A stretch of DNA of 64,000 nt from Eledone cirrhosa (GCA_964016885.1 CAXHJY010000093.1:1-64000), one strand, 5' to 3'; shown: positions 1 through 14,517, counted from the first letter of the stretch. Numbers and translations are program-made. Notes: generated by a model not told the origin, from the sequence alone.

Positions 1-485
1 TCCTTACCCCCAGGTTTATTTTCACTGTAAATGTTGACTGGAACCCCACAAGGAGGGAATATAAGGGAGCACTCTTTTCAGCTATTTATATCTTCTATCT
101 TTGACCTTCAAGTTTATTTTAGGGGTTTGAGGATTGTTTGTTGTGTTGGTTTGAAAGGGACTTGCTGCTGAATGTAAGTAGTATTAGATTCTGTTGTTGC
201 CCCTCATCAAACAGATGAAAGGCGTTCCAACCATGGCAATCTTTCTGTTTTTCCATTTATCTTATTTAGCTTGACATTATCTAAAGAGCTAATCTATTTT
301 TGAAGTTTTAGGGTGTGATTTGATGGATATTTAGTTGTTATCTTTAACAGATCAAGCAACCAAATAGAGTCTCTCAAACACGTATTCTGTGAGTCAATGA
401 AGGAAACTCTATGTGGTCTCCTGCTCTGCAAAAAATAACAAACTCTATTTCAATAAATTGATGAAGAATTTTCAAGGACTTAGGT

Positions 486-1184
486 TGGTATCAAAGTTTT
501 GACTGAGCTGCTATCAAAGTTTTGACTGAGGTGATATCAAAGTTTTGACTGAGCTGGTATCAAAGTTTAGACTGGGTTGGTATCAAAGTTTTGACTGAGC
601 TGGTATCAAAGTTTTGACTGAGCTGGTATCAAAGTTTTGACTGAGCTGGTATCAAAGTTTTAACTGAGCTGGTATCAAAGTTTTGACTGAGCTGGTATCA
701 AAGTTTTGACTGAGCTGGTATCAAAGTTTTGACTGAGCTGGTATCAAAGTTTTAACTGAGCTGGTATCAAAGTTTTGACTGAGCTGGTATCAAAGTTTTG
801 ACTGAGCTGGTATCAAAGTTTTGACTGAGCTGATATCAAAGTTTTAACTGAGCTGGTATCAAAGTTTTGACTGAGCTGGTATCAAAGTTTTGACTGAGCT
901 GGTATCAAAGTTTTAACTGAGCTGGTATCAAAGTTTTGACTGAGCTGGTATCAAAGTTTTGACTGAGCTGGTATCAAAGTTTTAACTGAGCTGGTATCAA
1001 AGTTTTGACTGAGCTGGTATCAAAGTTTTAACTGAGCTGGTATCAAAGTTTTGACTGAGCTGGTATCAAAGTTTTGACTGAGCTGGTATCAAAGTTTTAA
1101 CTGAGCTGGTATCAAAGTTTTGACTGAGCTGGTATCAAAGTTTTAACTGAGCTGGTATCAAAGTTTTTACTGAGCTGATATCAA
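486..1184. repeat. 23-bp minisatellite, ~30 copies
   Basis: Unit tggtatcaaagttttgactgagc. Confidence 0.95.
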
Positions 1185-2639
1185 AAGGATGAAATTTTTG
1201 TTTTTTATATACACATATGACTATATTGTGTATCCATCAGCTTCAAATGGTGTTAGTTGTTGCTACTGGCTTCCTGTGGTGGTTGTTGTTGTTGTTATGA
1301 TATTTGTAGCGAGGGGGGGGGGGTAGAGAACCAACCTCAATCTTTTCCTCATCGTTTGTTTACTTTTTCTACTCTGAGCTGTGTGTGTATGTGTCAGTGT
1401 AGGTGTGCGTTAGTGTGTGTCTCAATGTGTATGTGTGTGTGTATATGTTGGTGTGTATTTCAAAGTGTGTTTATGTGAGTGCTTCAATGTGAACTACACT
1501 TAAATGTTTTAGCATGTATTAAATGAAATATATACCTACATTGAGATGTGTGTGTGGTTATATCAACATGTGTGTGTGGTTACATCAACATGTGTGTGTG
1601 TGTGGTTATATCAACATTGTGTGTGTGTGTATGTGATTACATCAACATTGTGTGTGTGTGTGATTACATCAACATTGTGTGTGTGTGGTTACATCAACAT
1701 TGTGTGTGTGTGTGGTTACATCAACATGTGTGTGTGTGGTTACATCAACATTGTGTGTGTGTGTGGTTACATCAACATGTGTGTGTGTGGTTACATTGAG
1801 ATTGTGTGTGTGTGACTTCAGTATATGGATGTGGTGACATCAAGAGATATATGAGTGTGTGTGAATGTATGAGTGAGTGAGTGTGTGTGTGTGTGTGTGT
1901 GTGGTTTTCATTGTGTGTGTGTCAGTGCATACATGTCACTAGTTTCTGTATTTCCACCATTTTGACATACTATGGCCCCACCCCCTCTAGTTGGTGGGGT
2001 GGGGCAGTGGTGATGTTTGTTTCTCTTGTCCTTGGAACTGTTTAGTGGGGATGGCTGAGACATGTCTGTCTTCCCTCCCCCTGTCCTTTTCTGTGGGGGT
2101 AGCAGAGAGGGCAGGTATGTGTCCCTGTGAGAGTAGGGCCTTGTCTCTCTCCCTTCTCCCTATAACTGTTCTGTCGGGGGGGGGGGGGGGGGTCGTGTCT
2201 AGGTCCCTCCCTCATCAGTGTAGCTGTTCTCTGGGACAGGGGCCATATCTACCCCACCCCTCCCTCCCTCATCAATGTAGCTGTTCTGTGGGATGGGCCA
2301 TATCAAACCCCCCTCCCTCATCAATGTAGCTGTTCTCTGGGATAGGGGCCATATCAACCCCCTCCCTTGCCCCTATAACTTTTTTACCAGTACAACCTGT
2401 ATATGTTTATGTAAGAATTGATAAACATTTGTGACTGGGACTAACTTCAGATTTACACTGATAGACCCTACTAAGTTTAGGGGTCACAGCTGGGTTTTTT
2501 GACAAATAGGGGACCTGACTTTAGGATGAAAATTGATCAGTTTAAGGAATTTGCTTGTTTTATGGGTTGTTGACCTTGTTGAGTGGTTAGTTACTATAGC
2601 AACAGCAGCAGTAGCAGCAGCAGCAGCAGTAGCAGTAGC

Positions 2640-2681
<42 letters not shown>

Positions 2682-2880
2682 AGTAGTAGTAGTAGCAGTT
2701 GTAGTAGTAGTAGCAGTTGTAGTAGCAGTTGTAGTCGCAGTAGTAGTAGTGGTAGTAGCGGTAGTGGTGGTGGTAGTGGCAGTAGTAGTAGTTTAGAAGT
2801 TAGTCAATCCTTTTATCTTTAAAATCTTCCCAGCTCTTCTTTCCTGAGACATTCTAACCATATGTCCGTAATATTGGAGC

Positions 2881-4106
2881 TGTGATCTCCCAATCCAGAG
2901 AAGTAGCTGCTCTACATGGAGTGACTCCCTGTGATCTCTCAATCCAGAGAAGTAGCTGCTCTACCTGGAGTGACTCCCTGTGATCTCTCAATCCAGAGAA
3001 GTAGCTGCTCTACCTGGAGTGACTCCCTGTGATCTCCCAATCCAGAGAAGTAGCTGCTCTACCTGGAGTGACTCCCTGTGATCTCTCAATCCAGAGAAGT
3101 AGCTGCTCTACCTGGAGTGACTCCCTGTGATCTCTCAATCCAGAGAAGTAGCTGCTCTACATGGAGTGACTCCCTGTGATCTCTCAATCCAGAGAAGTAG
3201 CTGCTCTACCTGGAGTGACTCCCTGTGATCTCCCAATCCAGAGAAGTAGCTGCTCTACATGGAGTGACTCCCTGTGATCTCCCAATCCAGAGAAGTAGCT
3301 GCTCTACATGGAGTGACTCCCTGTGATCTCTCAATCAAGAGAAGTAGCTGCTCTACCTGGAGTGACTCCCTGTGATCTCCCAATCCAGAGAAGTAGCTGC
3401 TCTACCTGGAGTGACTCCCTGTGATCTCTCAATCCAGAGAAGTAGCTGCTCTACATGGAGTGACTCCCTGTGATCTCCCAATCCAGAGAAGTAGCTGCTC
3501 TACCTGGAGTGACTCCCTGTGATCTCCCAATCCAGAGAAGTAGCTGCTCTACCTGGAGTGACTCCCTGTGATCTCCCAATCCAGAGAAGTAGCTGCTCTA
3601 CCTGGAGTGACTCCCTGTGATCTCCCAATCCAGAGAAGTAGCTGCTCTACCTGGAGTGACTCCCTGTGATCTCTCAATCCAGAGAAGTAGCTGCTCTACC
3701 TGGAGTGACTCCCTGTGATCTCCCAATCCAGAGAAGTAGCTGCTCTACCTGGAGTGACTCCCTGTGATCTCTCAATCCAGAGAAGTAGCTGCTCTACATG
3801 GAGTGACTCCCTGTGATCTCTCAATCCAGAGAAGTAGCTGCTCTACCTGGAGTGACTCCCTGTGATCTCTCAATCCAGAGAAGTAGCTGCTCTACATGGA
3901 GTGACTCCCTGTGATCTCTCAATCCAGAGAAGTAGCTGCTCTACCTGGAGTGACTCCCTGTGATCTCCCAATCCAGAGAAGTAGCTGCTCTACATGGAGT
4001 GACTCCCTGTGATCTCCCAATCCAGAGAAGTAGCTGCTCTACATGGAGTGACTCCCTGTGATCTCCCAATCTAGAGAAGTAGCTGCTCTACCTGGAGTGA
4101 CTCCCT
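2881..4106. repeat. 49-bp minisatellite, ~25 copies
   Basis: Unit tgtgatctcccaatccagagaagtagctgctctacatggagtgactccc. Confidence 0.95.
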
Positions 4107-4374
4107 CATTGAGTTTCACACTCTATTGAGTAACATTAGTCCAAAGACTCCTCTTCGGGGGAACCTCATTTCGGCTGCCTCATTTGTGAATATATTACTC
4201 AAGATTCATGACCAAATGTAAGGAATGCTTCAACTGAACAAATGGTTTCTATGACAAGGGTCCATGTCTATTTTCTCCAATGACCACATTACTAGTTGGT
4301 TTGTTTGTTTGTTGGATACCTCAACTAAACAAAAGGTTTCTATGACAGTGTCCATGTCTATGCTATATTATTAA

Positions 4375-4582
4375 CCCTTTAGCGTTTATATTACTCTATA
4401 TATACTATCATATTTTTATGGTAAAGGCTTTACCTCACATAATATCGAATCCATGAGATTTTGATGTTATTTATTTTGAGAACAATACCTTAACATCAGT
4501 ATGAGTGACCAGTTACAGCCGGTTTGAACAGAAAGAGGTGAGCGAATTCTGGATGGATATGACCGGTTTAAATGCTAAAGGG
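4375..4582 (+). mobile_element. piggyBac-type MITE family A
   Basis: TTAA|CCCTTTAGCGTTTA...TAAATGCTAAAGGG|TTAA. Terminal inverted repeats start CCC, there is a TTAA target duplication, and six copies occur in the window. Confidence 0.85.
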
Positions 4583-4651
4583 TTAAAAACAGTAGTTTCT
4601 CTCCATGTCTTTCTGATCTTTTCCCATGTTATGGCAGTTGTTTTGGTGGGT

Positions 4652-4705
<54 letters not shown>

Positions 4706-6057
4706 GTGGGTTAGGACTAACTGTAAAATTTGCCCTTCCAAGTTGTCGGTTCTCAAATAACCATAACAACCTTCCAGATATAATTGGCCCTGCCTTCTTC
4801 TCTAGACAACAAACAGTTACATATCTGTTGTAACTACAGGCCTTCCTTTATTCAACAGTCAACACTGATACCAAATATAGCAGCAGCACCAGAAGCAGCA
4901 TATCTTTAACACTGCCACTAACACCACCACCATCATCAACACCGCCGTCACCACCATCTTCAACACTGCTACTGCCACTAACACCACCACCATCATCATC
5001 ATCATCACCACCACCACCATCATCATCATCATCATTATCACCATCATCAACACTGCTACTGCCACTAACACCACCACCACCACCATCATCACCATCACCA
5101 CCACTGCTACTGCCACTAGCACCACCTTCATTATCACCATCACTACCACCACTACCACCACCATCACCATCAATACTCTCACCACCATCATCATGACCAC
5201 CACCACCACCACCATGATAACTACCATCATCATCATCACCATCAACATTACCACCACATTCATCATCATCATCATCATAGTCATCATTAATATTAAAATT
5301 AGTCATCTTAACTATTAATTTGCTACTAGTGTCTGACTGGTTCGCAAGGTTTTGTCTATGGACAACACATGTACATAGACATGGACACATACACTCACAC
5401 ATACACTCCACATACACTCACACATACACTCACACATACATGGACACATACACTCACACATACACTCCACATACAACATATACACCCCCATATATATATA
5501 TACACATATACTCTCCACATATACACACACACACATACCCTCCACATATATATACATACACACATACACTCCACATATATACACACACACACACACACAT
5601 ACCTTCCACATATATATACACACACACACATACACTCCACATATATACACACACACACACATACCTTCCACATATATATACACACACACACATACACTCC
5701 ACATATATATACACACACACACATACCCTCCACATATATATACATACACACATACACTCCACATATATACACACACGCACACACATACCTTCCACATATA
5801 TATACACACACACACATACACTCCACATATATATATATACACACACACACATACACTCCACATATATATATACACACACACACACATACACTCCACATAT
5901 ATATATACACACACACACACTCCACATATACATATACACACACACATACCTCCACATATACATACACACATACCCTTCACACACACACATACCCTCCACA
6001 TATATATATATACACACACACACACATACCCTCCATATATATACACACACACACACC

Positions 6058-6111
<54 letters not shown>

Positions 6112-6191
6112 CCTCCCTCTACATATATATACACACACACACATACACTCCACATATATATACACACACATACATACAAACATAGATTAGT

Positions 6192-6312
6192 GTATCCAGC
6201 CGTAGAAAACCCGCCAGAGACAACCAATCTTGCCTCAAGTGGGAAAATTACCGTCCAAACCCATGCTAGCATGGAAGATGGACGTTAAACGATGATGATG
6301 ATGATGATGATG
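6192..6312 (+). mobile_element. Short RTE/SINE 3'-tail fragment with (GAT)n
   Basis: atccagccgtagaaa...gtccaaacccatgctagcatggaagatggacgttaaacgatgatgat. Similar stubs at 32572-32655(+), 49218-49318(-) and 50583-50640(+). Confidence 0.65.
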
Positions 6313-7202
6313 TAGTATGTGTGCGTGAGTTAATATGTCAATTTTAGATTGGCAAATTTAGGATTTTTAAATCACTGCTCTCTGATTCTAGTTAACATCA
6401 ATTATGAATAGTTCTGTTTAGTTTAATGCTTGCAACTCGCCAAGAAAGAATTTTGTTCTTATAGATTATTCATATTTCTATAGACTGGCCTCCAGTTTCA
6501 ACTGTTTGCTTCATATCTCTTTGTTTTGGCCAGATAATCCCTTGAGCATTCATAGTTCTGGCTATTCATAGCTATTCACTGGACTTTTCTTTCCTTGTTT
6601 TCTAGTCTCTGTATGGATGGAACTGACTTGCTTTTCAAAAACCTTTTCCCTTGATATTCTATATTTTATTAATGTAAAATGTTAAACACATGAAAGTGAT
6701 TGAACTCAGCATTTTTCCCCTGGTGGTTCGTTTATTTTTTTAGTATTTTTTTTTTTTTTTTTGTGTGTGTTTGTTAGTTTGGTTGTTTTTTTTTATCTTC
6801 ATTGTGTGTTGTTTAGTTTAGACTGAGTGAGAAACAAAGAGGAGACTTTTCATTTCATTGAAGCGACGATGGCTCGCTTCTTTAGATCATTCACACACAC
6901 TAGTTTCTCATTTTGTATGATAATATTATTTTTGCTTGTATTCTTTTTCTATTGACATCTCTCACTTGCAGTGTCTTCTACATATTCCTGCAGGGAGAAC
7001 AAAAAAGATGTTTTAGACATACAAGGAATGCCTGTTGAAAAAAATTGCCGTTATTACCACAAGTGTGGTACCATCAAGTCCAAATAAATCTCCAATATTC
7101 AGCGACAGACCATTAGTAATGCTAGATACCGTAGAGTTACTTAAGTTCTCAGTAAAGTCCCTGTGTGCCATCTGTGATGGTGACCTACTTGAGGAAGGAA
7201 TT

Positions 7203-7785
7203 CTGCAGTGGGTCTCTGTGATAAGGGGTGGCTGTTGCAGTGGGTATCTCTGGCTATTCTCCATCTCTCTGTGATAAGGGGTGGCTGTTGCAGTGGGTAT
7301 CTCTGGCTATTCTCCATCTCTCTGTGATAAGGGGTGGCTGTTGCAGTGGGTATCTCTGGCTATTCTCCATCTCTCTGTGATAAGGGGTGGCTGTTGCAGT
7401 GGGTATCTCTGGCTATTCTCCATCTCTCTGTGATAAGGGGTGGCTGTTGCAGTGGGTATCTCTGGCTATTCTCCATCTCTCTGTAATAAGGGGTGGCTGT
7501 TGCAGTGGGTATCTCTGGCTATTCTCCATCTCTCTGTGATAAGGGGTGGCTGTTGCAGTGGGTATCTCTGGCTATTCTCCATCTCTCTGTAATAAGGGGT
7601 GGCTGTTGCAGTGGGTATCTCTGGCTATTCTCCATCTCTCTGTGATAAGGGGTGGCTGTTGCAGTGGGTATCTCTGGCTATTCTCCATCTCTCTGTAATA
7701 AGGGGTGGCTGTTGCAGTGGGTATCTCTGGCTATTCTCCATCTCTCTGTAATAAGGGGTGGCTGTTGCAGTGGGTTCTCCATCTA
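7203..7785. repeat. 53-bp minisatellite, ~11 copies
   Basis: Unit ctctgtgataaggggtggctgttgcagtgggtatctctggctattctccatct. Confidence 0.95.
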
Positions 7786-8508
7786 GCTGTTGAAACAGCA
7801 ATAGCTCAGCCATCTGAGTCTGGAATTAGTTGTTGAAATGGCAAGAGCTCAGCCGTTGGGCCTGCCTCTTTATAATATAATATATATATATATAGTTTTA
7901 CATTATTGCATGTGATAAATGTTTCCTGTATTGTAAATATATATCAGATTGCCACCATCATCGTCATCAGTAGTAGCAGTAGCACCAATAGCTCTAATAT
8001 CTCACTATAGATCTGTTTAGTTGTCCTGTACAACAAATACACATTAAATGTTTCAAAAGAGGTGTAAAGTTACACATCTCACAGCTACAATACAATGTCA
8101 CACTCAAGGATTTGACCCCCTCCCCCACCATTATATAGATCAGCTGATTATGTGTGTACATTACATATTACTATTGTAAACAGCAATAAAATATCTCAGT
8201 TACTTCACTGTATATAACAGGACTACATATAACTACTAAGACTGATGTAACATACTACACTACTCACACACACGACTGTGTTGCTTACCTACACACACAC
8301 ATAAATTGATGTAATGCCTACACACACACACACATTGATGTAAGACCTACATACGCGTTGGTCCCATCAGACAACTGTAACCCCACTCTCTAAGTTAATG
8401 AGGCCTGAGATCTTGTCAATTCAGATAAAATAGAAAGTAGACCCAATATCAAATAACTCTACAAATCCTACCTCAGTTGGTTTTAAAAATTGAATGACCA
8501 AAACTAGT

Positions 8509-8712
8509 GTAGCTTCCTTGACCCTAGATCAGTTGTATCAGGGTTGGTGATCACATCTAGACTATAGCTTCCTTGACCCTAGGTCAGTTGTATCAGGGTT
8601 GGTGATCACATCTAGACTATAGCTTCCTTGACCCTAGGTCAGTTGTATCAGAGCTGGTAATCACATCTAGACTATAGCTTCGTTGACCCAAGGTCAGTTG
8701 TATCAGAGCTGA
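8509..8712. repeat. 55-bp tandem repeat, ~3.7 copies
   Basis: Unit tagcttccttgaccctaggtcagttgtatcagggttggtgatcacatctagacta. Confidence 0.9.
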
Positions 8713-8879
8713 CATGGTGACTAAATGGTAACAGTAATTGATACCATGTATATTGATGCTGGGAAATAACAAAAAGATGTCAAGACAATCGTGGTAGGAA
8801 TGAACTCAGATCTCACCAGATCAATTCTGTCTTAATCATTCTCATTATTTTATTTAGAAAATGAGAATGATTAAGACAT

Positions 8880-8997
8880 TCTGAGTTCAAATCCCGCCGA
8901 GGTTAACTTTGCCTTTCATCCTTATGGGGTCGATAAAATAAAGTACCAGTAATACACTGGAATTGCTGGCCTTGTACCAAAAGTAGAAACAATTATT
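8880..8997 (+). mobile_element. tRNA-derived SINE family 1, 5'-truncated
   Basis: B box GAGTTCAAATCC followed by the core gaggttaactttgcctttcatccttayggggtcgataaaataaagtaccagt and the tail aaagtagaaacaattatt. Confidence 0.85.
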
Positions 8998-9744
8998 TTA
9001 TTTAAAAAACAGAAAAACCTATAAATTTCTGCCCATTAATCCATGAAAGTCAAATCTCTTTAGCTTAATCCCTCTTCCAGGAACACTTTCTCCTCTCACC
9101 TTCTTCCCTTTCCCACAACCCCAGCGCCCCCTAGCCCTGTCTTTTTTTTCTTTTAATCTTTCATATAATCTCACACGATGATGCACTCCCTCTACACCCA
9201 CCCTTACTAATCCCACCATTTTTGTTTTTCGCCTTAAACTCCAAACGTTTCCTTTCTTTCTCTGTCTCTGTCAAAAGTTAAACTTACATTTAAATTGCTG
9301 AATATGGAAGGATAGCCATGGTAATAACCCCTCCCCTCATCCCCTTATCCCCCCTTCGTCTATTTCCCCCCTCTCTCTCTCTCTCTCAACTCTACTCCAC
9401 TCCTTTTCTCCAATTGCAGCTTTCTTCCAAGTGTGACTCAAACGATCAAGTGTGACTCAAACGATTTTGAGTGAGTCTGTTGAGGGATATTAATTTGTTT
9501 ATAATTCTTTATTTTTTTTTTTTATTTCTTAGTCATATATAATCATTAGAAGGTTCTTTCTCCCCCCACACCCCTGTCCTGCCACTAATCCTTCGTTAAT
9601 TATAATCCTTCTCTATCCGCGAGCTGCTAAATCTGATGAATTTGTTCCTTCATTTTATTTTTTTTTTCATCATTGTTATTTTTTTAACGTTATGGATTTC
9701 AAGGCTTGGGAAAGTTCCTGAACAGTGACTGGTTTAATGGTGAC

Positions 9745-9875
9745 GTCAGCGCCACTGATAATGTACCAAACATGGGACTGTGTCAGCGCCACTGATAATG
9801 TACCAAACATGGGACTGTGTCAGCGCCACTGATAATGTACCAAACATGGGACTGTGTCAGCACTGACAATGTACT
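9745..9875. repeat. 37-bp tandem repeat, ~3.5 copies
   Basis: Unit gtcagcgccactgataatgtaccaaacatgggactgt. Confidence 0.9.
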
Positions 9876-9922
9876 ACATTTTGTTATTCAGATTGGAAAT
9901 CTTCCATATCTCCCCTTTCTAA

Positions 9923-10100
9923 TGGATTGGCAGAATCAGTAGAGGGTCAGACGCCATGCTTTGACGCATAGAGTTATGACCCTTTCCATTCTGAGTTCAA
10001 ATCCCGCCAAGGTTAACTTTCATCCTTACGGGGTCGATAAAATAAAGTACCAGTAATACACTGGGATAATTGCTGGCCTTGTGCCTAAAGTAGAAACTAT
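9923..10100 (+). mobile_element. tRNA-derived SINE family 1
   Basis: A-box-like TGGCAGAATCAGTAGAG, B box, shared core and tail. Confidence 0.85.
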
Positions 10101-10120
10101 TCTTTAGCTGACATAGCTTT

Positions 10121-10528
10121 GTATACAGAATATAGTATTGTTGTATATGTGTGTATATATACAGAATATAGTATTGTTGTATATGTGTGTATATATACAG
10201 AATATAGTATTGTTGTATATGTGTGTATATATACAGAATATAGTATTGTTGTATATATGTATATATATACAGAATATAGTATTGTTGTATATATGTATAT
10301 ATATACAGAATATAGTATTGTTGTATATATGTGTATATATACAGAATATAGTATTGCTGTATATGTATGTGTATATATACAGAATATAGTATTGTTGTAT
10401 ATATGTGTATATATACAGAATATAGTATTGTTGTATATGTGTGTATATATACAGAATATTGTATTGTTGTATATATGTGTGGATAAGACACTGTGTGTGT
10501 GTGTACAGAATATAGTATTGCTATATAT
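10121..10528. repeat. ~36-bp minisatellite
   Basis: Unit atacagaatatagtattgttgtatatgtgtgtatat. Confidence 0.9.
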
Positions 10529-11323
10529 GAAATGATGAGAGAGAGAGTGTGTGAGTTATAAATAAAACAATGAGAGAGAGAGTGTACAAAGTAGGATGTA
10601 GAACTAAAATGACTTTATAAAAAAAAAACCTTTACTTCGAAGAAAGTGAAGCAGGGGGGGGGGGGGGGGGGGGGGGGACTAAAGAATAGATTGTTAAATA
10701 AAGATAAAAATATTTTTAAAAATAACTAAAAATAATGAAATAAAATGTAAAATTGGAAAGTTCTGACAGTTTTGTTGCCAAGTCTTGGAGAGAATCTTAA
10801 GGAATATTTCTTAAGTTTATTTAATTTTCTGAAATCTAGGCTGTTGTTGATTGGAAGCGAAAGTACAATTATAGTGTGGTGGTGGTAGTGTTGGCAGTAG
10901 TAGTGGTGGTGTTGGCAACAGTGGTAGTGGTGTACCACTAGGTGAACCATCCCCTAATAAACTCAAAACTATTTTCTAGTTCTAACCATGGTTACCAATT
11001 GTTATTCTGTTTGTTTTATTATTTTATTTCTATTTTTTGTTATTAGAAACTCCATTTTATTGTACCTCCCCCCTGTCTTTTACTACTGTCCCCTATACGT
11101 ACTCCCTCTGTCCTTTACTACTGACCCTTATATGTAGATTCCCTGTCCTTTACTACTGTCCCCTATGTCTAACCCCCCTGTCCTTTACTACTGTCCCCTA
11201 TATCTACCCCCCTGTCCTTTACTACTGTCCCCTATATGTAGGCCCTTGTGGCCAATAAAGAAAGTATATTCAGTAATACTTTCTCCAGTGTGTTCTTCAG
11301 TAATGTGTGTGTATGTGTTTTAA

Positions 11324-11443
11324 CCCTTTAACATTTACATTACTCTATATATACTATTATATTTTCATGGTAAAGGCTTTACCTCGCATAATTATCTCAC
11401 ATAATATCGAATCTATGAGAAAAAGGTAGAGAACATTAAAGGG
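11324..11443 (+). mobile_element. piggyBac-type MITE family A, internally deleted copy
   Basis: TTAA|CCCTTTAA...TTAAAGGG|TTAA. The left ~95 bp match family A. Confidence 0.7.
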
Positions 11444-12040
11444 TTAAAGATTTCAGAGTAGACGTGGGCTCTGGAAACCCTGTAGTGTGTGTGTGTGTGT
11501 GTTTTAGGGAAGATTTGGGGGGTAGATGTGGGCTCTCAAAACTCTGTAGTATGTGTTTTAGGGAATATTTTGGGGCAAGATGTGGGCTGTGGAAACTCTG
11601 TAGTGTGTTAGGGAAGATTTTGGTTGGGGAAGACATGGGCTCTGGAATCTCTGTGATGTGTGTGTGTATATGTTTTAAAGAAGATTTTGTGGGCAAGATG
11701 TGGAGTCTGGAAACTGTAATGTATATGTTTTAAGCTAGTTTTTTGGAATAGGAGATATGAAAGAATTCACATCTAAGGTATTGAAGCTTTGGGAAATAAT
11801 TCTGTAAGGGGAAAATGTAGAAAATATGCACATATACTTATATATGAAAGATGAAAGTGGTGGTGGGGATAGTGGTGTTGGTGGGAACAGTGGTTGTGGT
11901 GATGGTGGTGGGGGTGAATAAAGAATTTGCAAACAACCAAATAAATAAAGGAAGTTATCTTGGTTGTAGAATTTTTGAGGCACATATTTGAGAGAGAGAC
12001 AGAGAGCATGATATGTATATATATATATATATATATATAA

Positions 12041-14133
12041 TATCATCATCATCATCATCATTTTACATCCGCTTTTCCCTGCTTGCAAGGGTGGGACGGG
12101 TCTTATTCAGCACAGCATCTCTCCACTCGTCACGGTCCCTCGTCATCTCCACCGTGAGCTTCAATGATCTGAGGTCTGTTCTCACCACCTCCGCCCATGT
12201 TTTTCGTGGTCTACCTCTACCACGTCTTCCTTCAACTGGCATTTCCTGGCACTTCTTCACCCATCGGTCATCCTCCATGCGCATCACATGTCCATACCAC
12301 CTCAGTCTCCTCTCCCGTACACTACATTCTATCCCTCTCAGACACAGTTTCTCTCTCAACACATTTATGCTGGGTCGTTCACGCACATTTACACTGCACA
12401 TCCAACGGAGCATGCTTGCCTCATTTCTCTCCAGCCGTTGCATATCCTCTGCGGTTGCTGCCCATGTCTCACTACCATGCAGCATCGCGCTCCTCACACA
12501 GGCATCATACAACCGGCCTTTCGTACGCAGGGAGAAACCCTTCTTCGTCAACAGAGGAAGCAGCTCCCTAAACTTCTTCCAACCCGTCCTTATTCTAGAT
12601 ACTATGGCCTCGGAACACCCTCCTCCCATGCTAATCTGATCTCCTAGGTACCGGAAGCTATCCACCACTTCTATAGCGCCCTCTCGCATTTGAAAAATGT
12701 GTCTATCAGTGCGACTTCTACTGTCTAATTTCCCTGTACATCTACTGCATACATATTTCTCCCTACCTGTTAGTTTGCCTGCTATCCCGCTACATCTCTT
12801 GTGTACCCAGGACCTGCATTGTGTGCATTTTATAGAATTTATGCCAGTTCCTTTTCTGCATATCGAACATGGCCATTTCCCTGACGGAATCAGGGTTTTG
12901 TCCTCTTTTCTACTCATCAACACTTTTGTCTTAGCTAGATTTACTCTCAGTCCTCTTGCTTCCAACTGCTGTTTCCATAGCCGGAATTTATTATCTAGCT
13001 TCTCTACTGATTCTGCTATAAGAGCCAGATCGTCAGCATAGAGAAGTTCCCATGGACAGCCAGTCTGAAACTCCTCTGTTATGGCTTGGAGGACTATAAT
13101 GAACAAGAGCGGGCTGAGGACCGAACCCTGATGTACTCCTACTTGTATCTGGAATTCCTCACTAAACTCCATTCCTACCCTGACTTTACTGAGAGTACCT
13201 CTGTACAAAGTTTGCACTGTCCTCACAAGCCATTCCTCAACACCTAGCTTCCTTAGGGACCACCAGATGACAGATCGGGGTACCCTATCAAAGGCCTTCT
13301 CTAGGTCAACAAAGGCTAAGTATAGTGGCTTATTCTTCTCTAAGAACCTCTCTTGCACTTGTCTCACCAAGAAGAGGGCATCTGTTGTACTCTTCCCAGG
13401 CACAAAACCAAACTGCATCTCATCTAGTTTGACCCTTTCTCTAATTAGTTGTGCTAAAATCCTTTCTGCCACTTTCATAACCTGATCTATCAGTTTTATA
13501 CCCCTATAATTGCTCCTCTCCAAAGCATCCCCTTTACCTTTGTAGCAATTTATGAGAATACTGCTGCACCAGTCTTTGGGTATGACCACCATATATAGCC
13601 TGATTGATGATGCGTGCAACCAGTTTAGTGCCTACGTCCGCTGATGCCTTCAGCATCTCAGCAACTATCCCCGAAGGTCCAGCAGCCTTACCGTTTTTCA
13701 TTTCCCTAATCGCCTCTTGGACCCTATAATCATCAATCTCAATAGCTGGTCCCTCTGTCGGATCTACCAAGGGTAATTTCTCTCTCTCCCATTCGTTCTC
13801 CACATTTATCAGTCTCTCATAATGACATTTCCAGGCCTCCTTTTTCTGGTCATTCGTGACACTAAGTACACCGGCATCATCCCGGACACATTTATCTCCA
13901 ACATCCTGATTTGCATTGACACACTGCCTTGCACTGTGGAACACCGCACGCCTCTGATCTTCCCGTCGCAGAACATTGGCAAACCTCCTACTCTCGGCCT
14001 CCCTGCGTGCTAAGTACACCTGACGTCTAGCTTCTCTCTTAGTGGCTGTATATTCTTCCCTACTCCCACCCTTTTTCCAAGCCTTCCATGCTAGTCTTTT
14101 GTCTCTAATGGCCTTATCTACTGTGCTGTTCCA
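12041..14133 (-). mobile_element. 5'-truncated RTE-clade non-LTR retrotransposon (LINE) with reverse transcriptase; one frameshift near 13590
   Basis: Overlapping ORFs 13534-14133 and 12063-13619 contain KAAGPSG, KGKGD...NYRGIKL, QFGFVPGKSTTDA, FVDLEKAFDRV, GVHQGSVLSPLLF, LLYADDLAL, FRYLG, RRLRWYGHVMR and RGRGRPRKTW. 3' tail is (TGA)n at 12041-12061. Both ends abut (TA)n. No endonuclease domain is present. Confidence 0.95.
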
Positions 14134-14204
14134 TATTATATATATATATATAATATATATATACATATATATATCATGCTTTCTGACTCTCAAGCTCTCT
14201 CATC

Positions 14205-14294
<90 letters not shown>

Positions 14295-14464
14295 ATGATG
14301 TATATATATATACATATAATTGAATAAACAAGAGAGATGAACACTAATATAAACATACATGTAAGAGACTATGAGTTTCTAACTCACTATACACACACAT
14401 ATATCTATCTATATATATATACATATATATGTGTGTGTGAGAGAGAGAGAGAAGAAAGAGAGAC

Positions 14465-14511
<47 letters not shown>

Positions 14512-14517
<6 letters not shown>

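Noticed and set aside
2881-4106. Regular arrays that might be taken for CRISPR (also 486-1184, 30355-31190, 60975-62481)
   Set aside because: Head-to-tail repeats with no unique spacers and no cas genes, in a eukaryotic context.
4848-5417. Gly/Asp-rich 189-aa ORF resembling a structural protein
   Set aside because: Degenerate (CAC/CAT)n microsatellite; similar tracts recur throughout the window.
12013-12647. Plus-strand ORFs of 119-208 aa over the LINE
   Set aside because: Antisense shadows of the RT ORF.
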